From: Nitrospiria bacterium | GTDB taxonomy: Bacteria > Nitrospirota > UBA9217 | Direction of reading: 5' to 3' | Length of the DNA: 64,000 bases | NCBI GenBank assembly: GCA_919901555.1 | Contig: CAKKPG010000055.1 | Span: forward strand, 278 to 64,277 | Shown: piece by piece, positions 33,080 to 43,950 of the stretch | Layout: each line of letters opens with the position of its first letter | Position numbering within the stretch: the stretch's first letter is position 1 | Notes under the pieces: generated by a model | Database searches by the model: none | Seen by the model: only the letters and a program-made list of their open reading frames with translations | Told to the model about the DNA's origin: nothing | Made by a program: the position numbers and the translations under genes

Positions 33080-33961
33080 TTAGAACTTTATGCTCATCAT
33101 GCCGATAACCCTGCTTGAGTCTTTATATGCTACTTCTACTTCCTCCTTGTGAAGCAACTGGGTGCCCATGGTGAGGTTGAACTTTTCACTTACGAGCCTG
33201 ATGCCGTACGTGACCGCCGTATAATCCATGTCGTCGGGAGTCAAGTTGCTCTTCGTGTGCACGTCTCTGCCGCTCACCACGGTATACTCAACGAGCAACT
33301 GGAGGTTCCGGTATTTGCTTATGGGAAAGAGCATCCCGGCGTTCGTGACGCTGTAGCGGTCCCGGTAACGAGGGTCTGAGAGATCCTGCACCGCCACCTG
33401 TGTTTCCGCATAGATGCCCAGAACGTGCTCATCCCAGACTATTTCTCTCCCTGCGCTTATCCCCAGCCGAGAGCCCCAGTGGACCACATTGTTTAACTCT
33501 TTATCTTCGTCGCTTGTGGGGGCTATGCCCGTGATGATCATTGCCAGGGCGGGGAAGGCTGACGATTCCTTCTGGGGTCTGAAATTCCACTTCCAGGAGA
33601 CTTCCGTGTCCCCCATTTCGTGCTCTGTTATTCCCATCGGAGGGCTTATTTCCCGCCGGGAGTAAGAACCTTTGACAGCGAGTTCCATTCCCGGGCTGAT
33701 CCCGATGGTGATGTGCGTACGATATTGCGCAAGGGAGTAATGAGGTTCGGCGCTGTTTTCGGACAGAACGCCCGCGCCGATTTCCACGGTTTTTGGCGGA
33801 AGGACGTAGGGCGTGCTCGTAAAGAGAAGTCCGGTGAGCCCGGCTGCGTTAACCGGACGGTTCACCATCTCGAGTTCTTCGGCCGAAAGAGGCGCGGAGA
33901 AGAAAAATGCCAGAGCAACGATTCCCGATGCCAAGAGTGATTTTTTCATGAACGCATTCAT
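33080..33961 (-). CDS. Putative outer-membrane beta-barrel protein
   Basis: Signal peptide ...FFFSAPLSA. Amphipathic strands. C-terminal ...GMMSIKF. Confidence 0.65.
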   Translation of the reverse strand: MNAFMKKSLLASGIVALAFFFSAPLSAEELEMVNRPVNAAGLTGLLFTSTPYVLPPKTVEIGAGVLSENSAEPHYSLAQYRTHITIGISPGMELAVKGSYSRREISPPMGITEHEMGDTEVSWKWNFRPQKESSAFPALAMIITGIAPTSDEDKELNNVVHWGSRLGISAGREIVWDEHVLGIYAETQVAVQDLSDPRYRDRYSVTNAGMLFPISKYRNLQLLVEYTVVSGRDVHTKSNLTPDDMDYTAVTYGIRLVSEKFNLTMGTQLLHKEEVEVAYKDSSRVIGMMSIKF

Positions 33962-33968
33962 CCTCAGA

Positions 33969-34328
33969 TCAAATTGATCGAATTTTTCTCCTCAGTATCT
34001 TCCGACTTATTGCAACTCCGATAAGAGCGCCGGCCCCGTCTGCCATAAGATCGTACAAGCTCGATGTCCGTACAGGGTTGAAAGCCTGGAAAAACTCGTC
34101 ACCAGCCCCGACGAGAACGGCCAGACTTACAGCCGGAAGAACGGTTCGTTTGAATCCGGTACGGGCAAAAGACAGAGCTGAGAGAAATGCCAGGAGCGCA
34201 TAGGCTGAGGCATGAGCAAGTTTATCGATTTGGCCTACAGACGGAAGCTTCGGCGCGGGTTTGAAGGACAGAGTAAGAATCAGCGAAATATAGATTATCG
34301 TGGGCAACCACCAGAGGATTTTTTTCAT
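33969..34328 (-). CDS. VanZ-like family membrane protein
   Basis: DKLAHASAYALLAFL and GAGDEFFQAF.P.R.....DL.AD..GA motifs. Four TM segments. Confidence 0.7.
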   Translation of the reverse strand: MKKILWWLPTIIYISLILTLSFKPAPKLPSVGQIDKLAHASAYALLAFLSALSFARTGFKRTVLPAVSLAVLVGAGDEFFQAFNPVRTSSLYDLMADGAGALIGVAISRKILRRKIRSI

Positions 34329-34387
34329 AATTTTTGGACCAAGGCAACGGCGTTGCCGTGGATTACGCCGACACGGTCGGCTCGCTC
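34328..34387 (-). repeat. 60-bp double-hairpin repeat, copy C (plsY / vanZ-like spacer, reverse orientation)
   Basis: The reverse complement reads GAGCGAGCCGACCGTGTCGGCGTAATCCACGGCAACGCCGTTGCCTTGGTCCAAAAATTA. Confidence 0.85.
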
Positions 34388-34394
34388 TACATCG

Positions 34395-34994
34395 CTACTT
34401 TTTCTCCCCTATTTTCGACTCAGTACCGGCGAAGAGCCGTTTGATGTTGTCCCGGTGGCGGTAGTAGATCATTCCGGAGACAAAGAGCGAAAGCAGTCCC
34501 AGAGGTCTTGAGTCGGGACGGAACAGGAATGTCAGCACCGGATAGAGGGCATAGGCGATGAGCGCTGAGAGAGATGAATAGCGCCAGGCCGCCGCCGCGA
34601 GCCACGTGAGCAGGCTGGCAAGCCCGATCCAGGGTGATACGGCCAGAACCACGCCGAAGCTCGTGGCCACCCCTTTGCCCCCCTTGAACCGGAGATAGAC
34701 GGGAAAGTTGTGTCCGAGGATCGCCGCCGCGCCGGTAAGGACGGTCACTGAGTCATCCTGGAAAAGCGCCCTGACTGCCAGGACGGGCAGGAGTCCTTTA
34801 AGCGCATCCGCGAGCAGCGTGAAGATCGCCGCTTTTTTTCCCGCAGCGCGAAGGACGTTTGTTGCCCCGATATTGCCGCTCCCGACAGAGCGCACATCGA
34901 TGCCGGAAAAAATCCTGGTGAAGAGCAGCCCAAAGGGCACGGCGCCGAGGAGGTATGCAATAACGATCGTAATGATTTTCGGGATGGCGTTCAT
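34395..34994 (-). CDS. plsY: Acyl-phosphate:glycerol-3-phosphate acyltransferase
   Basis: GSGNIGATNVLR..GKK....LL.D.LKG and FKGGKGVAT. Confidence 0.9.
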   Translation of the reverse strand: MNAIPKIITIVIAYLLGAVPFGLLFTRIFSGIDVRSVGSGNIGATNVLRAAGKKAAIFTLLADALKGLLPVLAVRALFQDDSVTVLTGAAAILGHNFPVYLRFKGGKGVATSFGVVLAVSPWIGLASLLTWLAAAAWRYSSLSALIAYALYPVLTFLFRPDSRPLGLLSLFVSGMIYYRHRDNIKRLFAGTESKIGEKK

Positions 34995-34997
34995 GGA

Positions 34998-35534
34998 TTA
35001 TTTCAACTTCTTCCAATAGCGGGCGAAGTATTGTACCGCAGAGTAGACCCCCAGGAGCATGGCTATCCAGAGCGCGATAATTCCCAACTCCGACATCCAG
35101 ATGGTCTCCAGATGGTAATTCAGCACCAGGGAGATGACGGCTGTGATCTGGGCGCCCGTTTTGTATTTGCCTGTGGTTTCTGCGGGGATGACGATGCCGT
35201 CGCTCGAAGCGATGGCGCGAAGTCCCGTAACGGCGAATTCCCTTCCGATGATTACGATGGCTATCCAGGAATGGACGTCTTTATTGATGTCCACGAGCAT
35301 GATGAGCGCCGATGTCACGAGGATCTTATCTGCAATGGGGTCAAGCAGTTTTCCGATTTTGGTCACCTGGCCCCATCTCCGCGCGAGGTAGCCGTCGAGC
35401 CAGTCCGTGGCCGAGGCAAGGGAGAAGATGATGGCCGCGACGAGAGCGCGGAACGGCGTGGGCTCCAGCATGAGGATGATGAACAGGGGTACGGTGAGAA
35501 TCCTGCTGATCGAAAGAAGGTTCGGTATATTCAT
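34998..35534 (-). CDS. pgsA: CDP-diacylglycerol--glycerol-3-phosphate 3-phosphatidyltransferase
   Basis: NIPNLLSISRI..VP and D.LDGYLAR......K.GK.LDP.ADK. The start was chosen at the ATGA overlap with the upstream stop. Confidence 0.85.
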   Translation of the reverse strand: MNIPNLLSISRILTVPLFIILMLEPTPFRALVAAIIFSLASATDWLDGYLARRWGQVTKIGKLLDPIADKILVTSALIMLVDINKDVHSWIAIVIIGREFAVTGLRAIASSDGIVIPAETTGKYKTGAQITAVISLVLNYHLETIWMSELGIIALWIAMLLGVYSAVQYFARYWKKLK

Positions 35535-36430
35535 GGCTGTCGTCTCCATCTGCGATGCATCCAGACCCACTGTTCGGGCTGTTGCACGATGCAGTCTTCT
35601 ATCATTTTGGTGAGCAGAGCGGTGTTGGCGACGATGTCTTTTGTCTCATCGCCCGTTCGTATAAGGTTCAGCGGCCCTTTTATGGTTATCGCATGTTTAT
35701 TGTTGTTTTCCCGCCGAATGTAACCGAACACGACGGGCGCATTGAATTTAAAGGCCATTTGGGCGGCCGCCGTGGGGGTCCAGGCAGGCCGGCCCATGAA
35801 GTCAACGAAGGCGCTCTCCACCTCCGTGTCCTGGTCTATAAGTATTCCGAGGACGCGATTTTCCTTAAATATCCGTATCAACTCCCGGGACGCGCCCGGC
35901 CTGCTCCTGAGGATGGTCCTCACTCCCATGCCGGCCCGGAGCCCTACGATCATATCGTTCACCGGTTTCGGTTCTATGGGCGTTGCGACGACGCTCAGAG
36001 GCAATCGCGCCGCGACAGCAGCTCCCATCAATTCCCAGTTGCCCAGGTGGCCGGTAACATAGATTACTCCCCTGCCCTGCTCTGTCGCGTTCCTGAGGTT
36101 CTCGAATCCCCTGAATTCAACGATCCGGGAAAGCCGACGGGGCGTTATGAGCATGACCTCAAGAAGCGATTTTCCGAGATGAATGAAAGTCCGCCTTGCA
36201 GTACGCTTTATCCATGCGTCCCCTTTTTCTGCGAATACGGGCGTAAGGTGCGCAATGGCCCTCTTGCGGTTCCTGGGAAGCACATAGTATGCCGCCAACC
36301 CGAGGATTCCGCCCATCACGACGCCCAGCCGGTACGGGACAAGTTTTGAAAGAAGCCGGAGAATCCTGGTAAACCATATCAGAGAGATGCGGGAGAACCG
36401 CTTTCTCATGTTCTCTATCCTGTGATTCAT
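35531..36430 (-). CDS. Lipid A biosynthesis (Kdo2-lipid IVA) acyltransferase family protein, LpxL/HtrB-like
   Basis: VIYVTGHLGNWELMG (HxxNWE). Size and context within the Kdo/lipid A genes. Confidence 0.75.
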   Translation of the reverse strand: MNHRIENMRKRFSRISLIWFTRILRLLSKLVPYRLGVVMGGILGLAAYYVLPRNRKRAIAHLTPVFAEKGDAWIKRTARRTFIHLGKSLLEVMLITPRRLSRIVEFRGFENLRNATEQGRGVIYVTGHLGNWELMGAAVAARLPLSVVATPIEPKPVNDMIVGLRAGMGVRTILRSRPGASRELIRIFKENRVLGILIDQDTEVESAFVDFMGRPAWTPTAAAQMAFKFNAPVVFGYIRRENNNKHAITIKGPLNLIRTGDETKDIVANTALLTKMIEDCIVQQPEQWVWMHRRWRRQP

Positions 36431-36963
36431 GAAATGGGCAATTTCTCCTGACTTTTCAGGATCAGGTTGATGACCTCGCGCACGGCGCCCCTGCCCCCGG
36501 CGGCCTTGGTGACCAGGTCCACCTGGGGCTTCACCGCGGGGTCGGCGTCCGCCACTGCCGCGGCGATGCCTGCGCGTTTGAATATATCGGAATCGACGAT
36601 ATCATCGCCGATGTAGGCAACTTCGTCGTCACGGAAGCCATATTTTGAAAGGAGCGCGTCATACACGGCTATCTTTTCGTGCGCGCCCTGGTGAACTTCC
36701 TGAATGCCCAGCTCCCGGGCACGGACGTTTACGACCTCGGAAATCCTGCCGGTGATGATGCCTACCATGATGCCGGCCTTCTGGGCGAGCTTGATGCCAT
36801 GTCCGTCGCGCACGTGAAACGCCTTGTATTCGTTCCCCTGGTTGTCAAGGATGATCCGCCCGTCCGTCAGCACTCCGTCCACGTCGAGGAGGAGGAGCTT
36901 GATCTTTTTCGCTTTTGACTGGAGGCTCTGCGTTGTTTTACTGCCCAATTTTGAATTTTTCAT
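36427..36963 (-). CDS. kdsC: 3-deoxy-D-manno-octulosonate 8-phosphate phosphatase
   Basis: LLLLDVDGVLTDG...D..G..Y.GDD..D....AG...AV.DA. Confidence 0.85.
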   Translation of the reverse strand: MKNSKLGSKTTQSLQSKAKKIKLLLLDVDGVLTDGRIILDNQGNEYKAFHVRDGHGIKLAQKAGIMVGIITGRISEVVNVRARELGIQEVHQGAHEKIAVYDALLSKYGFRDDEVAYIGDDIVDSDIFKRAGIAAAVADADPAVKPQVDLVTKAAGGRGAVREVINLILKSQEKLPIS

Positions 36964-36983
36964 TTTGAATTTTGAGTTTATTG

Positions 36984-37955
36984 TTACACCACTCCTGCCT
37001 TCAGCAGGTCATGGAGGTGGATCACGCCTTCGGGTTTGCCCTCGGGTTCCGTAACAATAAGGCAGGTGATGGAGCTGTTCTCCATAACCGCCACGGCCTC
37101 GGCAGCCAGCGCGTCCTGTCCGATGACCTTCGGGTTCTTGGTCATGATGTCCCCGGCTTTTTTGGCAAGGAGGTTTTCTCCGCTCTTTTCGGTCTTTTCC
37201 ATCCAGCGGCGGAGGTCCCCGTCGGAGATGACCCCTACCAGTCTGCCGGAGGAGTTCAGGACCGAGGTGACTCCCATCTTCTTGGACGAGATCTCGTAAA
37301 TGGCGTCCTTGATCATCGTCTCCTCAGAGACCGCGGGAACGGCAGCTCCCGTGTGCATAATGTCCTTCACGCGGAGCAGCAGCCGCTTCCCGAGGGCCCC
37401 GCCGGGATGGAAGCAGGCGAAGTCCTCCTCCTTGAACCCGCGCTTGTCCAGGAGCGCCACTGCCAGAGCATCGCCCATGGCAAGGGTGGCGGTGGTGCTC
37501 GCCGTGGGCGCAAGACCGAGCGGGCACGCCTCTTCCTTTACGCCTACGTCGATGACCACGTCGCTGTTCTTTGCCAGGGTTGATTCGGTGTTGCCGGTGA
37601 GGGCGATGATTTTTATCCCGATCCGTTTCAATGACGGCAGCATCCGTGCGATTTCTTCGGTCTCGCCGCTGTTGGACAGGGCGATCACCGTGTCCCCTCT
37701 CGTCACCATGCCGAGGTCTCCATGGATGCCCTCCGCCGGATGGAGGAAGAGGGCCGGCGTGCCCGTTGACGCGAGGGTGGAGGCTATTTTCTTCCCGATA
37801 AGCCCCGACTTGCCCATGCCCGTCACCACGACCCGGCCCTTGCAGTTCATGATCATGTCAACGGCTTGCTCGAACCGTTCATCAACGCGGTTGATCAGCG
37901 CCGCAACAGCGTCAGCCTCTATTCGCAGAACTCTTTTTGCCTGATCGATGCTCAT
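36984..37955 (-). CDS. kdsD: Arabinose-5-phosphate isomerase (SIS domain plus tandem CBS)
   Basis: GRVVVTGMGKSG.IGKKIA.T..STGTPA.F.HP.E..HGDLG. CBS pair at the C-terminus. Confidence 0.85.
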   Translation of the reverse strand: MSIDQAKRVLRIEADAVAALINRVDERFEQAVDMIMNCKGRVVVTGMGKSGLIGKKIASTLASTGTPALFLHPAEGIHGDLGMVTRGDTVIALSNSGETEEIARMLPSLKRIGIKIIALTGNTESTLAKNSDVVIDVGVKEEACPLGLAPTASTTATLAMGDALAVALLDKRGFKEEDFACFHPGGALGKRLLLRVKDIMHTGAAVPAVSEETMIKDAIYEISSKKMGVTSVLNSSGRLVGVISDGDLRRWMEKTEKSGENLLAKKAGDIMTKNPKVIGQDALAAEAVAVMENSSITCLIVTEPEGKPEGVIHLHDLLKAGVV

Positions 37956-38770
37956 TTCACGATCCTGTCTATCTCCTGCGCCTGCTTGAGGAGCGCCGGC
38001 AGCTCATCGAGGCTCAGCATGTTCGGCCCGTCGCAGAGGGCTTTGTCCGGACAGGCGTGGACTTCCATGAACAGGGCGTCGACCCCTGCCGCGACGGCGG
38101 CCCGCGTCAGATGAGAAACAAACTGCCGGTCTCCGGACGAGGCCGTGCCGCCTGCGCCCGGGAGCTGCACCGAGTGCGTGGCGTCGAACACCACGGGCAA
38201 GCCGAGGCTGCGGATGATGGGCAGAGAACGCATGTCGACCACCAGATTGTTGTAGCCGAAGGACACGCCCCGCTCGGTGATGAGGATATTGGTGTTTCCC
38301 GTGGACGCCGCCTTTTCCGCGGCATTCTTGATGTCCCAGGGCGCGAGGAACTGGCCCTTTTTGATGTTGACGACCCTGCCCGTTTTAGCGACCTCCACGA
38401 GGAGGTCGGTCTGGCGGGAGAGGAACGCGGGGACCTGGATGACGTCGAGCACCTCGGCTGCGGGGCCGATCTCCTCAAAGCGGTGAACATCGGAAAGGAG
38501 CGGCAGGTCCAGCTCTTTTTTGACCCTGGCAAGGATCCTCAGCCCCTCTTTCAATCCGGGGCCGCGGTAGGACTTGACGGAGCTGCGGTTCGCCTTGTCG
38601 TAGGAGGACTTGAAGATGAACGGAATACGGAGGTCCGCGGTGATCCGTTTCAGGCTTTCCGCCGCCTCGAGCGTCGTCCGTTCGGACTCGATGACGCATG
38701 GACCGGCAATCAAGGCGAAGGGCCTGTTGCCGCCGATGGTTACCTGGCGTATGACGATTTCCCGTGTCAC
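37952..38770 (-). CDS. kdsA: 3-deoxy-8-phosphooctulonate synthase
   Basis: [24 protein letters not shown] and [12 protein letters not shown]. Confidence 0.9.
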   Translation of the reverse strand: MTREIVIRQVTIGGNRPFALIAGPCVIESERTTLEAAESLKRITADLRIPFIFKSSYDKANRSSVKSYRGPGLKEGLRILARVKKELDLPLLSDVHRFEEIGPAAEVLDVIQVPAFLSRQTDLLVEVAKTGRVVNIKKGQFLAPWDIKNAAEKAASTGNTNILITERGVSFGYNNLVVDMRSLPIIRSLGLPVVFDATHSVQLPGAGGTASSGDRQFVSHLTRAAVAAGVDALFMEVHACPDKALCDGPNMLSLDELPALLKQAQEIDRIVK

Positions 38771-40431
38771 GATGATTTTTTCCCCTGTTCTTTGTTCTTG
38801 AGGGCCGCGCCGATGAACGACGTAAAGAGCGGATGGGGGCTGCGCGGCCGTGACTTGAACTCGGGGTGGAACTGGCAGCCCAGGAACCAGGGATGGTCTT
38901 TCAGCTCCACGATCTCCACCAGCTCCTTGTCGGGCGAAACGCCGCTGATCACGAGGCCCGCGGCCTTCAGGGCCTCTTTGTACTTGATGTTGAACTCGTA
39001 CCGGTGCCGGTGGCGCTCGGAAATCTCCTGGCGTCCATAGGCCTGATAGGCAAGCGTCCCCTTCTCAATATTGCACGGGTATGCTCCCAGGCGCATGCTG
39101 CCGCCCTTGTCGCAGGTGATGTCCCGCTTTTGAATGGTTTTGGTCCGGTAGTCATACCACTGCTCTATCAGGTAGATCACGGGATGGGGCGTCGCCTGAT
39201 CGAATTCCGAGCTGTTGGCATTCTGCAGTCCTGCGAGGTCCCGCGCAACCTCAATGACCGCGCACTGCATGCCGAGACAGATGCCGAAGTAGGGGATTTT
39301 GCCCTCCCGCGCGTACCTGACCGCCGCTATTTTTCCCTCAACACCGCGGATGCCGAAGCCTCCCGGTACAAGGATTCCATCCATACCCTTGAGCATTTCC
39401 GCTGCGCCCTTGCTCTCGATATCCTCCGAGTCCACCCAGCAGATGGACACTTTGGATTCATTGGCGATGCCGCCGTGGGTGAGCGCCTCGCAGAGGCTCT
39501 TATACGCCTCCTTGAGCTCGATATACTTGCCCACGAGGGCTATGGTGACATTTTTGGACGGATGTTTGACCCTCCGGACGATCTCTTCCCACGTTTTGAG
39601 GTCATTATTCGGGGCTTTTATGTCGAGGGCCTCCAGGATCCGGTCGTCAAGGCCCTCTTCGTGGAGGTGAAGCGGCACTTCATAAATGGTCTCAACGTCC
39701 TGGGCCGTGATGACGGCGTTCTCCTCTACGTTGCAGTAGAGGGCTATTTTCTTTTTCATTTCCCGGGGGATGGGGCGGTCGCTCCGGCAAAGAAGGATGT
39801 TCGGCTGGATCCCGATGGACAGGAGTTCCTTGACGCTGTGCTGTGTCGGTTTCGTCTTGAGCTCATCGGCGGCCCTGATAAACGGCACGAGGGTGAGGTG
39901 GATGTAAAGGACATTCTGCTTGCCCAGCCCGTACCGGAGCTGCCGGATGGCTTCGAGGAACGGCAGGCTCTCGATGTCGCCGATGGTCCCGCCGATTTCT
40001 ACGATCACGACGTCCTCGTCATTGGAAAGGTCGGTGATGGCGCGTTTGATCTCGTCGGTGATGTGCGGCACTACCTGGACTGTGCCGCCGAGGTAATCTC
40101 CTCTGCGCTCCTTGGTGATGACGTTGTAATAGATCCTTCCGGAGGTATAGTTGTTCTTCTGGCCCATGGTGACGTTGGAGTAGCGCTCGTAGTGCCCCAG
40201 GTCAAGGTCGGTCTCGGCGCCGTCGTCGGTCACGAATACCTCGCCGTGCTGGAAGGGGCTCATGGTGCCGGGGTCCACGTTGATATAGGGATCGAGTTTC
40301 AGGAACGTTACCTTGAGCCCCCTGCTCTCCAGGAGCGCCCCGATGGAAGCCGCTGCCAGCCCTTTGCCGAGGGACGACACCACGCCGCCGGTTATGAAAA
40401 TATATTTCGTTCTTGTCTTTTTCTCAGCCAT
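38767..40431 (-). CDS. pyrG: CTP synthase
   Basis: [16 protein letters not shown] and GATase GICLGMQ. The start ATG lies 1 nt after the kdsB stop. Confidence 0.9.
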   Translation of the reverse strand: MAEKKTRTKYIFITGGVVSSLGKGLAAASIGALLESRGLKVTFLKLDPYINVDPGTMSPFQHGEVFVTDDGAETDLDLGHYERYSNVTMGQKNNYTSGRIYYNVITKERRGDYLGGTVQVVPHITDEIKRAITDLSNDEDVVIVEIGGTIGDIESLPFLEAIRQLRYGLGKQNVLYIHLTLVPFIRAADELKTKPTQHSVKELLSIGIQPNILLCRSDRPIPREMKKKIALYCNVEENAVITAQDVETIYEVPLHLHEEGLDDRILEALDIKAPNNDLKTWEEIVRRVKHPSKNVTIALVGKYIELKEAYKSLCEALTHGGIANESKVSICWVDSEDIESKGAAEMLKGMDGILVPGGFGIRGVEGKIAAVRYAREGKIPYFGICLGMQCAVIEVARDLAGLQNANSSEFDQATPHPVIYLIEQWYDYRTKTIQKRDITCDKGGSMRLGAYPCNIEKGTLAYQAYGRQEISERHRHRYEFNIKYKEALKAAGLVISGVSPDKELVEIVELKDHPWFLGCQFHPEFKSRPRSPHPLFTSFIGAALKNKEQGKKSS

Positions 40432-40432
40432 C

Positions 40433-41212
40433 CTATTCCCTGCTTTCATCCAAACGCTTCAATATTTTACCCAAATCCCCGGGGATGTCAACACCAAAGG
40501 ATTCATGCCGGGTTTCGACAACTTTAATCTTATACCCCTGTTCCAAGGCCCGGAGCTGTTCCAGTTTCTCAATACCTTCGAGCGTGGTCTGGGGCATGCC
40601 CGCGAAAGTGATCAGAAAATCCCTGCGGTATACGTACAGGCCGATATGCTTGTACAGGGGACCGGCGAGGGGCAGGTCGCTGAGACAGTTTTTGCCCGCC
40701 CATTGGTCCCTGTCCCAGGGAATGGGCGCGCGCGAGAAATAGAGGGCGAAGCCTTTACCGTCGCGCACCACTTTCACCACATTGGGATCAAAGGCCTCAT
40801 CCCGGTCTTCTATTTTTCTGCAGAGCGTACCCATGGGGATGGAGGCATCGTCCGCGATGGGTGCAATGGCCTGGTCGATCATATCGGGATGGATCAAGGG
40901 CTCATCCCCTTGAACATTGACCACGAGCGTGCAGTCCAGGTTCTTTGCCACTTCTGCAATCCTGTCCGTGCCGGTTGCGTGCTCCGGTGAGGTCATCACT
41001 CCTTCACCGCCGAAAGCGGCCACTGCTTTGAGAATACGGTCGTCATCGGTGGCGACAATGACCCTGTTGACAAGGCGTGAACGCTTCGTGCGCTCGTAGA
41101 CCCACTGGATCATGGATTTGCCCTTGATCAGGGCCAGGGATTTCCCGGGGAACCTGGTGGAGCCGTACCGGGCGGGAATAATGGCGATGATGGATGTCTG
41201 TTTATCTTTCAC
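40433..41212 (-). CDS. kdsB: 3-deoxy-manno-octulosonate cytidylyltransferase
   Basis: [17 protein letters not shown] and [11 protein letters not shown]. Confidence 0.9.
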   Translation of the reverse strand: MKDKQTSIIAIIPARYGSTRFPGKSLALIKGKSMIQWVYERTKRSRLVNRVIVATDDDRILKAVAAFGGEGVMTSPEHATGTDRIAEVAKNLDCTLVVNVQGDEPLIHPDMIDQAIAPIADDASIPMGTLCRKIEDRDEAFDPNVVKVVRDGKGFALYFSRAPIPWDRDQWAGKNCLSDLPLAGPLYKHIGLYVYRRDFLITFAGMPQTTLEGIEKLEQLRALEQGYKIKVVETRHESFGVDIPGDLGKILKRLDESRE

Positions 41213-41234
41213 CGGAAAATCCCCCTCACCCCAG

Positions 41235-41325
41235 CCCTCTCCCTCGGAGGGGAGAGGGAGTACGTCGTAGCCCCTCCAATGATAAGCCCCCTCTCCCTTT
41301 TTCCCTCTCCCACTGGGGGAGAGGG
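41235..41325. repeat. Two copies of a C/G-rich hairpin (CCCTCTCCC-loop-GGGAGAGGG)
   Basis: Hairpin 1 spans 41235-41258 and hairpin 2 spans 41303-41325. Flanking GGGGTGAGGGG / CCCCTCACCCC strings are present. Confidence 0.7.
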
Positions 41326-41498
41326 GTAGGGGTGAGGGGAGTTGTATTGGGTTGGGGAGGGTGATGGTCAGGTAGCCGAATAAATATCAATTTTCATTCC
41401 CCTTTGTGAGCGCAACTCATGGACGATTCATAGAAGGAGCATAGAGCATGGCGCAGAACGTGGAGACGTATGGCTATATGCCCGATGCCCTTATGCCC

Positions 41499-42431
41499 CT
41501 ATGCCGACAATTCCTTTTTGAAATACTCGATCGTTTTCTTCAGCCCTTCATCGACGCTGACGGCCGGATTCCAGTTGAGCTTCTGCTTTGCCAGCGTAAT
41601 ATCGGGCTTGCGCTGCGTGGGGTCGTCGGATGGCAGCGGCTTCCGGGCGATCTTGGACTTCGAGTCTGTCATGGCAATGATCTTCCTGGCGAGGTCGAGG
41701 ATGGTATACTCCTCGGGGTTCCCGATGTTCACCGGGCCGATGAAGTTTTCGCTCTCCATCATGCGCACCATACCGTCGATGAGGTCGTCGACGTAGCAGA
41801 AGGAGCGGGTCTGGGAGCCGTCTCCGTAGACGGTAATGTCTTCGCCTTTGAGCGCCTGGACGATGAAGTTGCTCACCACCCTCCCGTCGTCAGGAAGCAT
41901 GCGCGGTCCATAGGTATTGAAGATACGCACGATCTTGACGTCCACCTTGTTCTGGCGGTGATAGTCCATGGTGAAGGTCTCGGCCACGCGCTTGCCCTCA
42001 TCATAGCAGCTCCTGATGCCGATGGGATTCACATTGCCCCAGTAGGTTTCTTTCTGAGGGTGCTCCGCCGGGTCGCCGTATACCTCCGAAGTGGATGCGA
42101 GGAGCATCCTTGCCTTTACTCGTTTTGCCAGGCCGAGCATATGGAGCGTACCGATAACGTTCGTTTTGATGGTCTTGACCGGATTATACTGGTAGTGCAC
42201 CGGCGAGGCAGGGCAGGCCAGATGATAAATCTTGTCCACCTCCAGGAGGATGGGCTGAACAACGTCGTGGCGCACCAGTTCGAAGCCGGAATGCTTCATG
42301 AGATCCTGGATGTTCTTTTTCCTGCCCGTGAAAAAATTGTCCAGACAGAGCACCTCATGCCCTTCTTTGAGCAGCCGTTCACATAAATGCGATCCTAAAA
42401 ATCCGGCGCCGCCGGTTACGAGTATTCTCAT
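41499..42431 (-). CDS. UDP-glucuronate decarboxylase (UDP-xylose synthase)
   Basis: [26 protein letters not shown] and NIGNPEE. The ATG at 42431 follows AGAGGA. Confidence 0.8.
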   Translation of the reverse strand: MRILVTGGAGFLGSHLCERLLKEGHEVLCLDNFFTGRKKNIQDLMKHSGFELVRHDVVQPILLEVDKIYHLACPASPVHYQYNPVKTIKTNVIGTLHMLGLAKRVKARMLLASTSEVYGDPAEHPQKETYWGNVNPIGIRSCYDEGKRVAETFTMDYHRQNKVDVKIVRIFNTYGPRMLPDDGRVVSNFIVQALKGEDITVYGDGSQTRSFCYVDDLIDGMVRMMESENFIGPVNIGNPEEYTILDLARKIIAMTDSKSKIARKPLPSDDPTQRKPDITLAKQKLNWNPAVSVDEGLKKTIEYFKKELSA

Positions 42432-42577
42432 GTTTATTCCTCTTTCTGGGACGACCGTGACGGTTACGGTCACGACGCCCGTTGCGTCTTACGGCTACGT
42501 CGATCGTTTAAAGACGCTACCGTTTACCGAACTACGATACGGGCATCGTTACCGTAAGACGACTGCCGATGCGTTTG

Positions 42578-43912
42578 TCATCTTCTTCCTATGCCGTAAT
42601 AGGTGAATCCCATTTTCCGCAGCTCTTCCCGGCTGTAAATGTTTCTGCCGTCGAAGATGACCGGCGTTTTCATGAGTTTTTTCATCCGTTGGAAATCGGG
42701 AGTGCGAAACTCGTTCCACTCCGTCACCAGCGCCAGGGCGTCAGCCCCGCGGAGGGCTTCATAGCTGTCGTCCAGGAGCTCTATTTTGTTTTTAAATATT
42801 TTGTACGCCTCGTTCATGGCCACGGGATCATGGGCCTTGATCTTCGCACCGGCGCGCACGAGATGATTGATGATGACCACCGACGGCGCCTCGCGCATAT
42901 CGTCGGTGCGAGGCTTGAACGAGAGTCCCCAGACGGCGATGGTTCTTCCGGCGAGGGGTTTTCCGCTCCGGCCGCCTTTTTTCGGGCCCTTTGTGTGAAA
43001 GTGATTGATGACGAATTCAGAAAGGACCGTCTTCTGGCGTTCATTCACCGCCTCGACGGACTTAAGCACCTTTGCATCGATCCCCTGCTCTTTTGCGATC
43101 TGGACCAGGGCCTTGACGTCCTTGGGAAAGCACGATCCGCCGTACCCTACCCCCGGAAACAGGAATTCGAAGCCGATGCGCTTGTCGTATCCCATTCCCT
43201 TGCGCACGTGGTCGATATCCGCGCCCAGACTGCCGCAGATGTTTGCCATCTCGTTGATAAAGGATATCTTGGTCGCGAGCAGGGCATTGGACGCATATTT
43301 TGTCATTTCTGAGCTTCTGATGTCCATGATGAGGATGGGTTTGCCTGTGCGTACGAAGGGCGCGTAGAGTTCTTGCATGATCTCGGCGGCCTTCGGATTT
43401 TCCGCCCCGATGACCACGCGGTCCGGCTTCATGAAGTCCTCGATGGCGGCGCCTTCCTTCAGAAATTCGGGGTTTGAGACCACATCGAATTTGTGCTTTG
43501 TTCTCGAGGCAACGGCCGCCCTCACCCTGCCCCCCGTGCCCACCGGCACCGTACTCTTATTGATGATGATCTTGTGGCCGTTCATGTGGGCGCCGATCTC
43601 CCGTGCCGCTCCGAGCACGTGCTTAAGATCAGCCGAGCCGTCCTCTCCCGGGGGGGTCCCCACGGCGATAAAGATGAGGTCCGAAGTCTTCACCGCACCG
43701 GCCATGTCCGTCGTGAACGAGAGCCTGCCATGGGCGGTATTTCTTTTGATGAGTTCCTCCAGCCCCGGCTCGTAGATGGGCACCTGGCCGGAATTGAGCG
43801 CCTCGATCTTGCGAGCATCGATATCCATGCAGACGACATCGTTGCCGCTCTCAGCCAGGCAGGTGCCGGTCACCAGTCCAACGTAGCCGGTGCCGATGAC
43901 GGAAATTTTCAT
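42578..43912 (-). CDS. ugd: UDP-glucose 6-dehydrogenase
   Basis: [16 protein letters not shown] and [10 protein letters not shown]. Confidence 0.9.
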   Translation of the reverse strand: MKISVIGTGYVGLVTGTCLAESGNDVVCMDIDARKIEALNSGQVPIYEPGLEELIKRNTAHGRLSFTTDMAGAVKTSDLIFIAVGTPPGEDGSADLKHVLGAAREIGAHMNGHKIIINKSTVPVGTGGRVRAAVASRTKHKFDVVSNPEFLKEGAAIEDFMKPDRVVIGAENPKAAEIMQELYAPFVRTGKPILIMDIRSSEMTKYASNALLATKISFINEMANICGSLGADIDHVRKGMGYDKRIGFEFLFPGVGYGGSCFPKDVKALVQIAKEQGIDAKVLKSVEAVNERQKTVLSEFVINHFHTKGPKKGGRSGKPLAGRTIAVWGLSFKPRTDDMREAPSVVIINHLVRAGAKIKAHDPVAMNEAYKIFKNKIELLDDSYEALRGADALALVTEWNEFRTPDFQRMKKLMKTPVIFDGRNIYSREELRKMGFTYYGIGRR

Positions 43913-43950
43913 ATTCCTCCCTCGTGCATTTTACAGAATGGCAAAACGAT

